DNA of 64,000 nucleotides, taken from NCBI GenBank assembly GCA_051313645.2, contig JBNRSN020000017.1:21762001-21826000 (forward strand), read 5' to 3'. Position numbers and translations under genes: made by a program. Shown here piece by piece: positions 12,604 to 25,371 of this stretch; position 1 is the stretch's first letter, and each line of letters begins with the position of its first letter. The notes under the pieces are model-generated. The model had not been told where the DNA came from and made no database searches. It saw nothing but the letters and a program-made list of their open reading frames with translations. The stretch is from Centroscyllium fabricii. Its lineage: Eukaryota.

Positions 12604-13612
12604 CTGGAAGGAAAACATTTACTTCAGTTAATTTAAACACTAAAAAAGGTAGAAGCTATCGAGTTAAAATGCAGAGGAAATTTAAATCATTACCCTAGTG
12701 GGTGAGGTTGAAAATTATGACGCTAATATTGAAAATAAAATGTCAGAAGAAGCCATTGCTGAACTCTGTGGGAGTGACCATATCTTGATAAAAACCCACA
12801 CAATGACATGCCTACACGTCCGATCTGATACAACTCAAATTAAAAATTCGCAAAAATTTAAATAAAATAAAAGTTAGCTAGCCATCTAGGATGCTACCAT
12901 TGAAATAAATACATTCAAGTTATGATGATTCTAAAAACAAAACAAAAAAGATCAACAATCACATCCAAGTTATCTTAGATTTTCCCTGGAATGACAAACT
13001 TGCAGGAAATCTGTTCGAGGGAGTAAGCAAGGCCATGAAATTTGGTACACGTCCATGAAACTGTGACATAGAAATGAAACTGTCAAAGGACAAGAGAGAG
13101 ATGGACAATAACTGAACAAGCTCGCTGACCCTTCCACTCTACTTTTGATAAACTAAAGATCATGCATTGATGTTTTCTGTGTTAAGAAAACCTTATTTAA
13201 ATGGAAAAGATTTACCAGCTCTGATGTAGAATGCTCAAAGCAGAATCTCTACATTCATTAATCGGATGCTGACTACTACAAGAATTAAAAGTTTGCAACG
13301 ATACCAATCAAGTCATGACATTAGAGTTGTGTTGAGGGATATTTTAATCCATCCACTAATACCTACCATACCCATTTAAAACTGTTCACTAAAGAATGTG
13401 ATGGGGCAATTTCTTAAAGCCTCTATTCACTGCCCACAGTTCTCACACAAACTCCACTTGGCATCATTTGGGACTAGGAGCTGCAGTGAGAATAATGGCA
13501 GTGCTGAATTAATGTGCAATGCGATTCCTCTTTCATAATTGTTTCTAGTTTTTACAACACAAAACAAATAAGCAAAATGCTACAAGCTCATTAGCCTATC
13601 AATAGATTGTAC

Positions 13613-13712
13613 CTGTACTTTAACAGCAGTTTAAGTACTATGGAACGCACAACAGGATTTCGATCAACTGAGTCATCAAATGGTGAAAGGGTTCTGGTAT
13701 GATACAGACGAT
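13613..13712 (-). CDS. RNF213: RNF213 exon 18 of 24 (DRLYHTRTLSPFDDSVDRNPVVRSIVLKLLLKY)
   Basis: cag/gtacaa, 100 nt; LSPF.D.VD..PV.RS..LKLLLKY motif. Confidence 0.93.
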
Positions 13713-13769
13713 CTGAAGAAAAACAAAAGAAAAATAACTGATGTAAAAAGAAAAGAAAGTTACCAGTGG

Positions 13770-15540
13770 AATAGACAATAGACATTTACGGCACTTGAAC
13801 AGGCCAGCCGGCCTACAAGTCGTGCCGCCCGATCCCTCCAGCTTCCCTTCTAATACCCTTCTCTCCCCATGTGGATATCCAGTTTCCTCTTGAACGCCTC
13901 CAGGCTGCCTGCCTCTACAATCCGTGCCGGCAGCCTATTCCAATCTCCCACAACCCTCTGCGTGAAGAACCCCCCTCTTCCATCCCTTCTGAACTTTCCT
14001 CCCTGTATTTTATACTTGTGACCTCTCGTACCTATCTCCCCCATCCTTGGAAACAGTCTTTGTATGTCCACCTGGTCAATGCCCTTCATCATTTTGAATA
14101 CCTCTATCAGGTCTCCCCTTGCCCTTCTTCTCTCCAGAGTGAACAGCCCCAGTTGCCCCAGCCTCTCCTCGTACGTCTTCCCTCCCATCCCCGGCAGCAT
14201 CCTTGTGAATCTCCTCTGCACCCTCTCCAGAGTCTCCACGTCCTTCTTGTACCTCGGTGCCCAGAACTGAACGCAGTACTCCAAGTGCGGTCGTACCAGC
14301 GTTGTATACAGCCTCATCAACACCTCTCTGTCCCTAAACTCCAGGCCCCTATTGATGAATGCCAGTATCCCATAGGCCTTCTTTGCTGCCCTGTCCACCT
14401 GTGCGGCCGCCTTCAGTGACCTATGCACATACACCCCCAGATCTCTCTGCTCCTCCGTTTCCTTTAACACTTTTCCGTTTAGTCTGTATTCCCTCCTTCC
14501 GTTCTTGCTGCCAAAATGCATCACCTCACATTTCCCAGCATTGAACTCCATCTGCCATCTCTCAGCCCATCCCTGCATTCTTTCTATATCCCTCTGCAGT
14601 CTCTCCCCTCCTTCTTCCTCATCCACTTCCCCTCCAATTTTAGTATCGTCCGCAAACTTACTGACCCACCCCTCTGTTCCTTCCTCCAAGTCATTTATGA
14701 AGATAGCGAACAGTAGTGGACCCAGCACTGATCCCTGCGGGACCCCGCTGGTGACCGGTCTCCAACTGGAGTAACATCCATCCACTACCACTCTCTGTCT
14801 CCTTTGCGCCAGCCAGTTCTCTATCCAGTTAGCTATTCCCTCATTTACCCCACATCCCCTTACTTTCCTCATCAGTCTTCCATGTGGAACTTTATCAAAG
14901 GCCTTGCTGAAATCCATATAGATTACATCAACCGCCTTCCCTTCATCCACACTCCTGGTCACTTCCTCAAAGAACTCTATCAGATTTGTCAGGCACGATT
15001 TGCCCTTCACAAATCCGTGCTGACTGCTCCTAATGAATTTAACCTCTTCTAAGTGCCTATACACCCTATCCCTCAGTACCCTCTCCATTACTTTTCCCAC
15101 CACTGAGGTCAGGCTGACCGGTCTGTAGTTTCCCGGTTCCTCCCTGGACCCTTTCTTAAATAGTGGAACTACATTCGCCTCCCTCCAATCACCCGGCACT
15201 ATCCCTGATGCTAGTGAGGCCTCAAAGATCGAGGCCAGGGGCGCCGCTATTTCTTCCCTTGCCTCCCATAGTATCCTCGGATACACCCCGTCTGGCCCCG
15301 GTGATTTATCTACCTTTAACCGTTCCAGTATTCCCAACACCTCCTCCCTCGATATCCTCCCCTCCCCCATTCCCCTCCCCTGTTCTACTTCTGTCCCCCC
15401 TCCTTCCTGGTCCCTTTCCTTGGTAAATACTGACGCAAAGTATTCATTCAAGGTTTCCGCCATTTCTTCCTGCTCCACACACATCTGTCCCTCCCCGTTC
15501 TTTAATGGTCCCACGCTTTCCCTTTTCATTCTCTTGCTTG
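13770..15540 (-). mobile_element. CR1 LINE, 5'-truncated, uninterrupted RT domain
   Basis: 568-aa ORF with KSPGPDG, NYRPVSLTSV, QHGF, DFSKAFDKVPH, GVPQGSVLGP, FADD and RPHLEYCVQFW motifs; short 3' UTR and (TGTCTAT)-like tail. Confidence 0.95.
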
Positions 15541-16099
15541 ATTGAGACAGATACAAAACTTATACGTTTTACAAGGGAAGATGGTACAGTTGGAGCATTT
15601 GTTTCCCAGCAAGCCGACTTTTGGTTGGAGTTGAAAGTTGCAGGAGAAAGCAGTTTTAGCAGCTTGCCATGAGGCCAGGTGAAGCACCTAAACCAAACTG
15701 ACTGCTTTACTGCAGGAAGAAGGAAGCAACCTACAATGAAAATGGTTCCACAGCCAACATGACAGCATCTCTTAAAGGGTGACTTCAAACAGCCAAATGC
15801 CCAACAGACACATGTGCCATACCAACTCCATGGAAATGTTAGAAAATATTACAAAAAAAGTACCATTTGAAAATAGAACAATTTTGCATTTCTCAATACG
15901 TACATTGCATATAAATAACACAGCCAATCATTCTTGTGACTGTTTTGAAATTGACCAACAGAGTAACTTATTCATCTTTGTCCCAGTTGTTACAAAGGGT
16001 CTTCCCAACTCTGAACCAACTCGCCCCCTTTTGCCTAGTTAGCCATATCCCCCCACCACCTATTATTGTAAATTTTGAGCTATTCAAGGTGCATGCTGT

Positions 16100-18886
16100 C
16101 ACTGCTGGGACCTGAGAGGCGGCAGCACGGAGGAGGCAGCAGATAAAAGCAGTGGGAGACCAAGGCAGCGTGGACCCGAGAGGTGGCAGCACGGAGAAGG
16201 CAGCAGATAAAAGCAGTGGGAGATCAAGGCAGTGTGGACCTAGTTAAACTAATTAATAGAACTATAAATAGTTGTTGAATAAAGACTTTAACTAATTAAA
16301 TAAATAAAATATGGCACAGCAGGTTGTGTGTCCAGACTGCAATATGTGGGAGTTTGTGGACCGCGAGACTGTCCCGAGCGAACACAGAGCAGGTTGTGTG
16401 TCTGGACTGCAGTATGTGCGAGTTTGTGGACAGCGAGACTGAACTAACACATCTGCAGGAGATGTCTCTGTCTCAAATCTCTCTGGCTCAGTGTCATTGA
16501 GCTGGAGTGCGAGTTGGAGACACTCTTGACACATAAGGGAGAGGGAGGAGTATCCCTCATAGAGGTGCAGAATCAGAATGGGGTTGGTAAGAAAGGGAAC
16601 AAGGATCCACAGAAACTGATCCTATCCAACATACTTGCTACCTGCGAGGAGAAGGATAAAGACCGATGGCAGGCCAGCCAGAATGCAGGAGGAGAGGAAG
16701 TGTAATGTGGTAGTTGTCGGGGATTCTATAATCCGGGGGACAGATAGCATCCTTTGTAGGCAAGATTGAAAGTCCCACATGGTATGTTGCCTACCTGGTG
16801 CCAGGGCGAAGGGCATCTCAAACCAGCTTGAAAGGATATTGGAGAAGGAGGGGGAGGATCCAGTCATTGTGGTCCATGTTGGGACCAACAACATAGGGAA
16901 GAGTAGACAAGAGGTCCTGTTTGGGGAGTACCGGGAACTAGGAGCTGAATTAAACAACAAGACCTCAAGGATTATAATCTCTGGATTATTATTGAGCCAC
17001 ATGCAAATTGGAGTAGGGATAAGCTGTTCGGGAAGTAAACACGTGGCTACAGGAGTGGTGTGGGAAAGAGGGGTTCCATTTCATGGGTCACTGGCACCAG
17101 TCTTGGGACAAGAAGGAACTGTACCGTTGGGACAGGCTTCGTCTGAACCGGTCTGGAATCAGGGTCTTGAGAAAAGGATAAATAGGGCGGTCACAAGGGC
17201 TTTAATCGAGTAAATGGGGGAGGGGGGGGATGGCTCAAGGGGAAACTGCAGTACAAATAGTAGTTCAAAAGCAAACAAAATGGGAGAGAGTAGAGTAGCA
17301 GTCAGAAATTGTGCTTTAGGCACTACAGGTAAAGGAAAACTAAAAGATATAAAGTGATTAAACAAGGAGAGAGAAATAAGAAACATGTGAGTAAAACATT
17401 AGAGCTGAAGGAGAGGCTAGGGTGTGTGGCCCAAATAAGTGTTCGTCATACAAACGCACAGAGTATAAGGAATAAATTGAATGAACTGCAGGCACAAATT
17501 CAAATTGGAGAATATGACATGGTAGCCATTACAGAGACATGGCTGCAAGACAGTCAGGACTGGGAACTAAATATACCAAGTTATAAGGTCTACAAGACAG
17601 CAAGGGAAAATGGCAGAGGGGGAGGAGTACCTGAGTGATCAAGGATGAAATTACTTCAATGATAAAAGAGGATTTAAAGAGGTAAGCAGCCAGTGGGTTG
17701 AATTAAGAAATAGGAAAGGATCCAAGACTGTCCTGGGAGTTGTGTATAAGCCCCCTGGTAGCAGCTCTGAAGTGCTAGATTGTATAAATGTCGAGATTAG
17801 ACAAGCATGCAGTAAAGGCAGCGTGGTTTTAATGGGGGATTTTAACTTTCATATAGATTGGGAAAAGCAGACTCGCACCGGCCAGAAAGGTAGCGAATGT
17901 GTTGTGTGTGTCTGGGCTAGTTTTCTACAACAATATGGCCCAGAGGCAACAAGAGAGCAAGCCATATTAGATTTAATAATGAGTAACGAGACAGATTTAT
18001 TAACAATCTTAACCGTGCGTGAACATTTATCCAATAGCGATCATAACCTGATCGAGTTTAACGTAGCGTTTGAAAGAGAAATGCAAAACAGCTACTAAGG
18101 GGGCGAGTTTCCCAGCCCCGAGGATGCGGGTATGCCGGAAAACTGGCAGAATCTGGGAGCGGGTACCCATCCCACCCCCAAGCCATCTTCCCAGGAGGCG
18201 GGTATCCGACCTGCACCGGGTCCCATCTCCTCGAGGCGGGAAGGAAATTAGTGCCAATTAACAGGTAGTGAACAGGCAGTTTTTTGGCTAATCCCTATTT
18301 TGAGCCCTAAAGTGTGAGCTTCCCGACGGCTCCAAACCTCGCCAGGGTCAGCGAAGCGAGCCGTGGGTCTGCGGGGCCAAAATATCCAATGTGCAGGTGA
18401 GTGATGAGTGCAAGTGTGGAGAAGTGAGTGTGTGAAATGAGTCTAAAGTGTTTTAATAAGATTACTGAACTTTGCTTCTTCCTCCAGGCTTCATCCCTTT
18501 AGGCGGCGGAGTTGCCTCATCTCACCGGCAGAGAAAGCAGAATGGCCGCCGCATTCTTAAATGCAGCAGGCTTCTGCTTTCTGTTCAGGAAAGCTTTCTA
18601 AGTGAGCCTGTGTCCAAGGTCTCAACTTAGACGACAGATTGTCAGTGTTTGACAGCTTCACAGAGCTGTCAAACGATGACAATTCATCTGTCAAAAAATC
18701 TTCGCCTGGCAGGCTTAACAAGGGAAAATAGTGTGGGTTGGCCAGACGTCGATGGAGGTGGGACTAAAACCCCACAAGCAGCTTTCCCGCCTCCATCATG
18801 TCCCCATTGATAAAATCACCCCCTAAGATTCTAGATTTAGGTAAGGCCGACTTCAACGGGATGAGGCAGAGACTGTCCACAGTAAA
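16100..18886 (+). mobile_element. degenerate CR1 5' portion: ORF1 (Zn finger + SGNH esterase) and APE endonuclease of ORF2, interrupted by a TIR element
   Basis: CPDCNMWE; VVGDSIIRG..VCCLPGA..VHVGTNN; TNAQSIRNK..ITETWL..MGDFNF..SDHNLI. Contains stops and frameshifts. Confidence 0.88.
18099..18823. mobile_element. Harbinger-like non-autonomous element inserted in CR1
   Basis: TIRs GGGGGCGAGTTT / AAAATCACCCCC, TSD TAA on both sides. The CR1 sequence resumes after it. Homologous to 39140..39961 in opposite orientation. Confidence 0.8.
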
Positions 18887-19554
18887 CAGTCCACACTATT
18901 ACCACAACTTCCCACTTCTCAACCCAGTCATCTTATTGATTCTCTAACTGAGATGATAAATTCAGCACCAAATTAAGGGCAATTTTCTGCTGTGTTCCCA
19001 TGACCAGTGGAAATCGTACCGAGACTGTCCAAACACATTTCATACAGGATCTTTCACCTAAATCAGTATCCTTCATCAAAAGCACACCTCCGGTTACCAT
19101 GAAGCAATGGTGACGATGATTATGAAATGAGAAGGGGAGGCCTGCCCTGATGGTTCAGTGAGTATGAACTAGACAGATCAGGAAGATCTGAAGTCTCAGC
19201 CAGGGTAACAGTAGGGGGGTGGGGCAGGATCCCGGTGGTGGGGAGGGGAAAACTGACCTGGGCTCACATCCCGAGCACTGCTCAGTGACCACTGCGGCAA
19301 ATTGTGTGTGTGGGTGCAGAGCAAGGACAGGATCAGATTTGCCTGCGATCCACTCCATAGTGAATAGCCTGTTAACACATTGTTGAGATTCAGTCAACAG
19401 TAAAACTGATTGAATGAGGTACTAGAGGGAACCTGTAGATAACAGGGGAGAAAGATGGAATGGGGGGGTGGGGGGAAAGAGACCAGAAACACTGCACCCC
19501 CACCTCACCAAAAAAAATAGGGAAAATATGACTTTTTCCATAAAGTATTCTGAC

Positions 19555-19727
19555 CTGTGCCTGAGATTTTGGAACACATCTGTTTTTGAATAACCAGTAG
19601 CGACAGAAGTTCAACAACCACTTCTTTTGTTGGTGGCGAATTATCTTTGAAGCAGACCATGGAAACCAGAGCTATGAAAAATGCATCGCACCTCTTGCGA
19701 AACATGGCATTTTTTCCAACACCTACT
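19555..19727 (-). CDS. RNF213: RNF213 exon 17 of 24 (FRKRCDAFFIALVSMVCFKDNSPP...LLSLL)
   Basis: cag/gtcaga, 173 nt; CFKDN.PP motif. Confidence 0.9.
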
Positions 19728-20561
19728 CTGTAATTGAAATGAACACACATTAATGAAAATTCAAGGGGTCATAAATGTGCAGCTGCAAATGTAAGCAGCC
19801 ACATAGAACGGTCCCCATTTTATCATTTCCCCTGCAGCAGTACCTATTGCACAAGGAGCCCAGAAAATGGTATTTTCTTTCAGATTGCATGTGAATTATA
19901 ATGTGCTTTGTAGCAAGAGGTGTAGAAGTGAACATAACTGCTGCCTTAATTGGTACATTAAGGAGGCACTGCTTTGTATTGCAGATCTTAAAATTAATGT
20001 AACTTATTGGAGAATCATCAAAATATTGAGTTTGAATGATACAGCTTTGGGCTCTGATAAGTCATTTTCCTTCATATAAAAAAATATTTGTGTGGCTACT
20101 GGGATGGGGAAATCAAACAAATAAACTTGGCACATTAAACAGTAATAACTGACTCTTAATTTAAAAACAGAATTTGTTGTTTTCGGTTAGTAATGTTTCA
20201 CATGAACGAGGTACTTGAACCTTAAGTTAGGATGTGAAGCTTGATCTACACTCCGGAGGATGAAGTGTATGCAAGGATTCACAAAGCAACACTAATGCAG
20301 CTGTAAGGGTTCCTTAAAAAGAAAGCAACTGGTTGGCGACATGGTCAACTATATGCTGCATTAGGTTTGTGATCTGGCTCTGATTTATCACTCCAAACTA
20401 GCAACTGCAAAATTGTAATGACAACCAGAATATCATGAAATTCCTGATCCACATACTAGTATGTTTATACTAGGGTCTAGATGGCTGATCTCTAATTGTT
20501 AATTGTTCCAAATAACAAAAATATTGAAATCATACTTTTTTCTCAAACCTCTTTCGCATAC

Positions 20562-20744
20562 CTTATTTCTTCAGATACCTTCACTACATAATTGTCCTCA
20601 AGAGCAGTTAAGCAGACTGGGCAGAGCATCTGTCCTGGAAGGAGCCACTTCTTTATACAGTCTAAACAGTAAATGTGATTGCATGGAAGCAAGACGGGAT
20701 TGTTGAGCTCTCCTAAGCAAATTGGACATGCATTCAAGCCATAT
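20562..20744 (-). CDS. RNF213: RNF213 RING finger exon 16 of 24
   Basis: CPICLGELNNPVLLPCNHIYCLDCIKKWLLPGQMLCPVC is a complete C3HC4 RING; cag/gtatgc, 183 nt. Confidence 0.96.
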
Positions 20745-22497
20745 CTGTAACGAAGTAGAAAGACAACATTAAAATTAAATTAAATGCAGACCTGCAGAGA
20801 GCTGTGAAGAGGATAACTGAGTCCACGCCAACAGCTCTGTTGGTTATTATTTGTAATATAAGCGCTGACATTTAGGTTTCTGTCCTTGGTCTGGATGCTG
20901 TCTGAAGTAGGGCAACTGGAAAAAGATTAGCAGAAGCACAACTCTATCTCCAGGTCAGATAGGGAATGCTGCACTAGTAAGGAATGCTCAAAAGAATGCC
21001 TCAAAAAGGATGCGCTGGCCAGGCAAATATCACAATTCTACCTGATCTTTGGGTTCACCACTTCCAAACCAAGTAAAACCCAATCTGCTGACCAAACTGC
21101 CCGAGAGATGACAACTAGAGAGGCCATTTGGAATTTTTATTTCTTCATTTATTTGTTTTATCCCACAACATCCTAACTGGTTGGGAATACCAAAACCCTG
21201 ACTCAGAAGCCTTTCGATGATTTATTTTTTGGAAGGAGAAATCCAGTGCTACAGACTTAATTTTTTTCACTGATTTAATATAAGTGTAATACCCACTGGA
21301 AATGTTATGTTATAAATCTTTAACGTAGACACTGTATTATCATTGTTATAAATCCCTGGGTTAAAGTTGCCAATGTTAAATGTTGAAGTACAGCACGAAC
21401 TTTTAAGAACACAATGTTGCAAACAGTGAGGCTGCGCAATCTCCAGCAGCAACCCTAGGACAGCTGACCTGTTTTCGGCGGGGAAAACAAGCCCCATGTG
21501 ACCCTCGGGGTTACATTTTGGGGGCGGAGAGACAACAGCCAGAGCTGGAGACAGAGAGAGAGCAGGAGCTCTGAAAAGAGGGCTCAGGAGGCAAATGGCT
21601 GCCGCATCCTGTCCCGGGCTTCCAAACTCAGCGGCCGCCCTTCTTATTAGGTACACTGCATCCTGAACTGGCCGGCTGCAAGTCACCAGTACCGGGGGAT
21701 CGTCATCTGAACCCAGATCTGCAAGGCAGAGGTCTGGGGAGAGCGGCTTGCATCGTGCTGATGGGAATCTACTTGCAAAAGCTGCAGAGAGAGAGAGAGC
21801 GAGAGAGTCACTGTGCTCTGCATCCAGAACTCAAAGTGGGATTCAGTGGTAGTGAAGATAATTCAACGAAGGGGTTCGGAGTCGGAAGTCTTGCAGACAT
21901 TATACATACCATGAGCTCCAACTTAAGCGCACCAACGAAAGAGGCCTGATACAGGTTGTGTTAATTGAACAAATTCTAAAGTGCACTCAAATTTGGACAC
22001 AGGGACAGATTCTCCTTTGAATCCATGTAAATGGGGAATGTATGTTTATTATGTCTAGATTCATTCAAATGTATACAAATGTCTAATTTAGTTCATTGAC
22101 CTGTAATCTTCTTATACTGTTTGATGTTAAAACTATAAAGTAAGATAATTAGAATTAAGCCTTGTAGTAGTGACCTCCTTACTGGACTAGAGAATACTGC
22201 ATATAACAGAGACCACATCTCACATATATCTAAAGAACCGTGAAGGGGTTACATAAGGAATACCGGACTTAAATCTAACGGATTTAAAGTGAGGAATACC
22301 TGACTATACCCAGGAAGCAATCTTCTAGAATTGTGGGGAGATTCTCTAAGATGGAAATATAGCCCCTTTGGATCACCTCACTGATCCATGAGCTTGAGGT
22401 GACCCAACACCAATGGTAGATGTGGGAAACACATCAATCTATAGTCACTTGCAGCTTTAATATACATACCTCATAATTATTGTACAAAATCTCTTAC

Positions 22498-22598
22498 CTA
22501 CAATACACTTGTCCTGCATTATCTTTACAATCCCGTAGAACCTTAATCACAGCCTGAAAAGGACCTTGCGATCTTACATCGGCGTTGCTCTGCAGACA
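22498..22598 (-). CDS. RNF213: RNF213 exon 15 of 24 (CLQSNADVRSQGPFQAVIKVLRDCKD...)
   Basis: tag/gtaaga, 101 nt, phase consistent. Confidence 0.9.
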
Positions 22599-23053
22599 CT
22601 ATAAAAGTAAAAAGAGGAATCGAATAGAGGTCATAAATAAAGGTGACCTATTTCTACTGACTTGCATAAGCTGAAATTTTTCGAATAACTGATCAAGTTG
22701 TGTAAACTTCAGTACTGATAGGTAAGCTATTTATTATAAAATCCTACACAAAGATAGGAGATACACATGCATAAATAGCATATCAGATTAATGTCCAGAC
22801 ATGCATAAATATTGTGCTCGTCACTGGGGTCATCCTTTGCCTTGGTGAATTGGTATAAAACAATACTTTTAGGTCACGAGCTTCTCAATGTAAAGGGTAC
22901 TGTGCAGCTTTGAATTTAACCATGCTGTACAATCTTCATAGCTTAACAAAGGGAAACTGCAGATACATTTACTTCCACAAACACACCCAAGTTACTCCTG
23001 TAATCAGATACATGAAACACAATTGGATTGATACATAAAACATAGCAAGATAC

Positions 23054-23174
23054 CTTTCCAAGGAAACCAGCATATGTTGTAACCAGGTTCTGCAGCCTCT
23101 TGTCTATTTCCTCAACTCCCAGCACTACGTGCTCCACAAAAAGTGACAATGAAAATATTCGACTCCATCCCGCT
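23054..23174 (-). CDS. RNF213: RNF213 exon 14 of 24 (AGWSRIFSLSLFVEHVVLG...FLGK)
   Basis: cag/gtatct, 121 nt; WSRIFS..LFVEHV.LG motif. Confidence 0.92.
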
Positions 23175-23512
23175 CTGAAATAGAAGTACAAACACTTGAA
23201 TGGGTAAAGATACAAGATTTTCCAAATAAATGCAGTACGTATCTATTAAAGTTTAGTGAGGAGACTGATAGCATCCTCAATCCTCAAACAATACAAGTTA
23301 ATTATTTGTAAATATTATTCTTGCTTATGAGTTTGCCTCAAAATGGCTCTTTACAGGAACTTTGTTTCTAAATGCTTCAAATTCAAAAGAGTAGTTCTTC
23401 TATTTGGAGAAAATAATAAAGTCTTGATGTCAGACTGGATAAAGAAATCTTAATGAAATAGTAGCACTTAGACAGTATTCTCATTTAACAGACAGGAAAT
23501 AATTTGCTATTA

Positions 23513-24307
23513 CAGGTTGAGCACCGTTAATCCGGCACGGGCGGGACCAGGCCCGTGCCGGGAAATGGAAAAAACCGGGAGAATGAGTTTGGACACTGCG
23601 CATGCGCACCAGGCAAAATGGCCGCGCGCATGCGCAGATCGTCCAATATTGGCCGCCGCGAAGTTTTTTGATGGGCTCAGGCTTTTGTGGCGTTCCGTTT
23701 AGGTTTTAGGGCTGTCGGGCAGCAGTGAAAGGCCGGTCTTGCGGGGGGAGGCAGGAGGGTGGCGCGGGTCGGGGGGGGGGAGAAAAGGAGGGTGGCGCGG
23801 GGGCAATTTATCCAATCCCGTTTTGCTTTCAATTGTAAGAGGTCACACAGCGCCAGGCTGTGGTCCAACGGTTTTAGTTGGGGTCACGGGCTTTCGGAGC
23901 GCCACTTCCCCGTCAGGTGATGGGGGAGCGGCGCTCCGAAGGCCCGTGATTTCGAGTGGGACTTTTGGACTACAGCCTGGTGCTGTGTGGCTTCTTACAA
24001 TTGTCCATCCCAGTCCAACACCAGCACCTCCACATCATGGCTTCAATTAGTTATCGATAAAATAACCGGCGGCCGTATTGAATTATCTGCGCATGCGCTA
24101 ACCTTCCGGCGACGCATGCGCAGATCATTCAAAACACCCGCAGCTGTTTTGAATGATCTGCGCATGCGCTCGGCGCATGCGCAGATCATTCGTTGAAGCC
24201 ACGATGGCGGCTGCCATTTTGCGCATGCGCAGTGCAGTCTGGACAATTTGTGCCGGCAGACTGAAGCTGCCGGCTATTCGGTTACCGGATTAACGGTGCT
24301 CAACCTG
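23513..24307. mobile_element. pogo/Tigger-like MITE
   Basis: 23-bp TIR CAGGTTGAGCACCGTTAATCCGG at both ends, TA flanks. Confidence 0.88.
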
Positions 24308-24427
24308 TACCTGTACTGTATAATTTCGTGATTTCTCAGGGTTGTCCTCCACTTAACTTTGTGATAGTAAGAGGCAACTGCAATTGCCAGTTGAATATAG
24401 CACTGTTTAAACAGGCATTTTTATCCC

Positions 24428-24653
24428 TGTGGTAAACCACTGTTGTATATAGTTGCCTTTTGCCTGTGTGTATACATGCCCGGGCATGCCTGAAGCTGGC
24501 TCCGCCCCTAGCCTACCTGATAAAGGCCAAGCTCCGGGAGCCTGGCCCAGTACAAGGAGTTGCCGGTCTGTCTAAGGATGTCCAAGGTTCTTAGTGAATA
24601 AAAGCCTCAGTTGTATTCTCAACCTCGCCTCGAGTACAATTGATCGCGCATCA
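24428..24653 (+). mobile_element. solo LTR
   Basis: TG...CA ends, AATAAA at about 24597, perfect 5-bp TSD ATCCC. Confidence 0.8.
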
Positions 24654-24968
24654 ATCCCCCCAAGTAGTACTACACAGCTGTTTGGTATTTCAGCCTGAAA
24701 ACTTACCCATTTGAGTATGTAATGCAGTTTGGCGATATTTAAGGATATTAAAATTACTTGGTGCACTAGTATTCTGCTGGTGAATTATACTGGAAATACT
24801 ACCAAAGTAAATAACTCTGAAAGGTTTGGCATTGAAATGCAGTTAATCTCTCGAGGTGGCTGCTGGGCTGGCAGCTCTGTAATGGAGCCCTTCTCTTATG
24901 GAGCTTTATCTTTCGCCATCCAATGCCATCTTTACTCTTTCACCCTCAAGTTAATCTCTTCCACTGCT

Positions 24969-25370
24969 TAGAAACATAGAAGATTGGAGCAGGAGTAGGC
25001 CATTCGGCCCTTCGAGCCTGCTCCGCCATTCAATGAGATCATGGCTGATCATCCAAACCCAGTACCCTGTCCCTGCCTTGTCCCCACATCCCTCGATCCC
25101 TATCGAGCCTGCACCAACACATATCCCACCCTATCCCCGTAACCCCACATATTCAATCACCCTAACACTAAGGGTCAATTTATCATGGCCAATCAACCTA
25201 ACCCGCACATCTTTGGACTGTGGGAGGAAACCGGAGCACCCGGAGGAAACCCACGCAGACACGGGGAGAATGTGCAAACTCCACACAGATAGTCACCCGA
25301 GGCCGGATTTGAACCCGGGTCTCTAGTGCTGTGAGGCAACAGTGCTAACCACTATGCCACCGTGCCGCCC
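24969..25370 (-). mobile_element. HE1/V-SINE, full length, double-tail type
   Basis: Reverse complement of the 7619 family. Confidence 0.9.
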
Positions 25371-25371
25371 C

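Noticed and set aside
13850-15556. 568-aa ORF as a domesticated RT gene or RNF213 exon
   Set aside because: It is a typical 5'-truncated CR1 ORF2 lacking the endonuclease and carrying a LINE tail. The flanking RNF213 exons join in frame without it.
25033-25326. Recurrent small ORF family (MRSWLIIQTQ...)
   Set aside because: These are antisense translations of HE1 SINE copies with inconsistent starts and stops.
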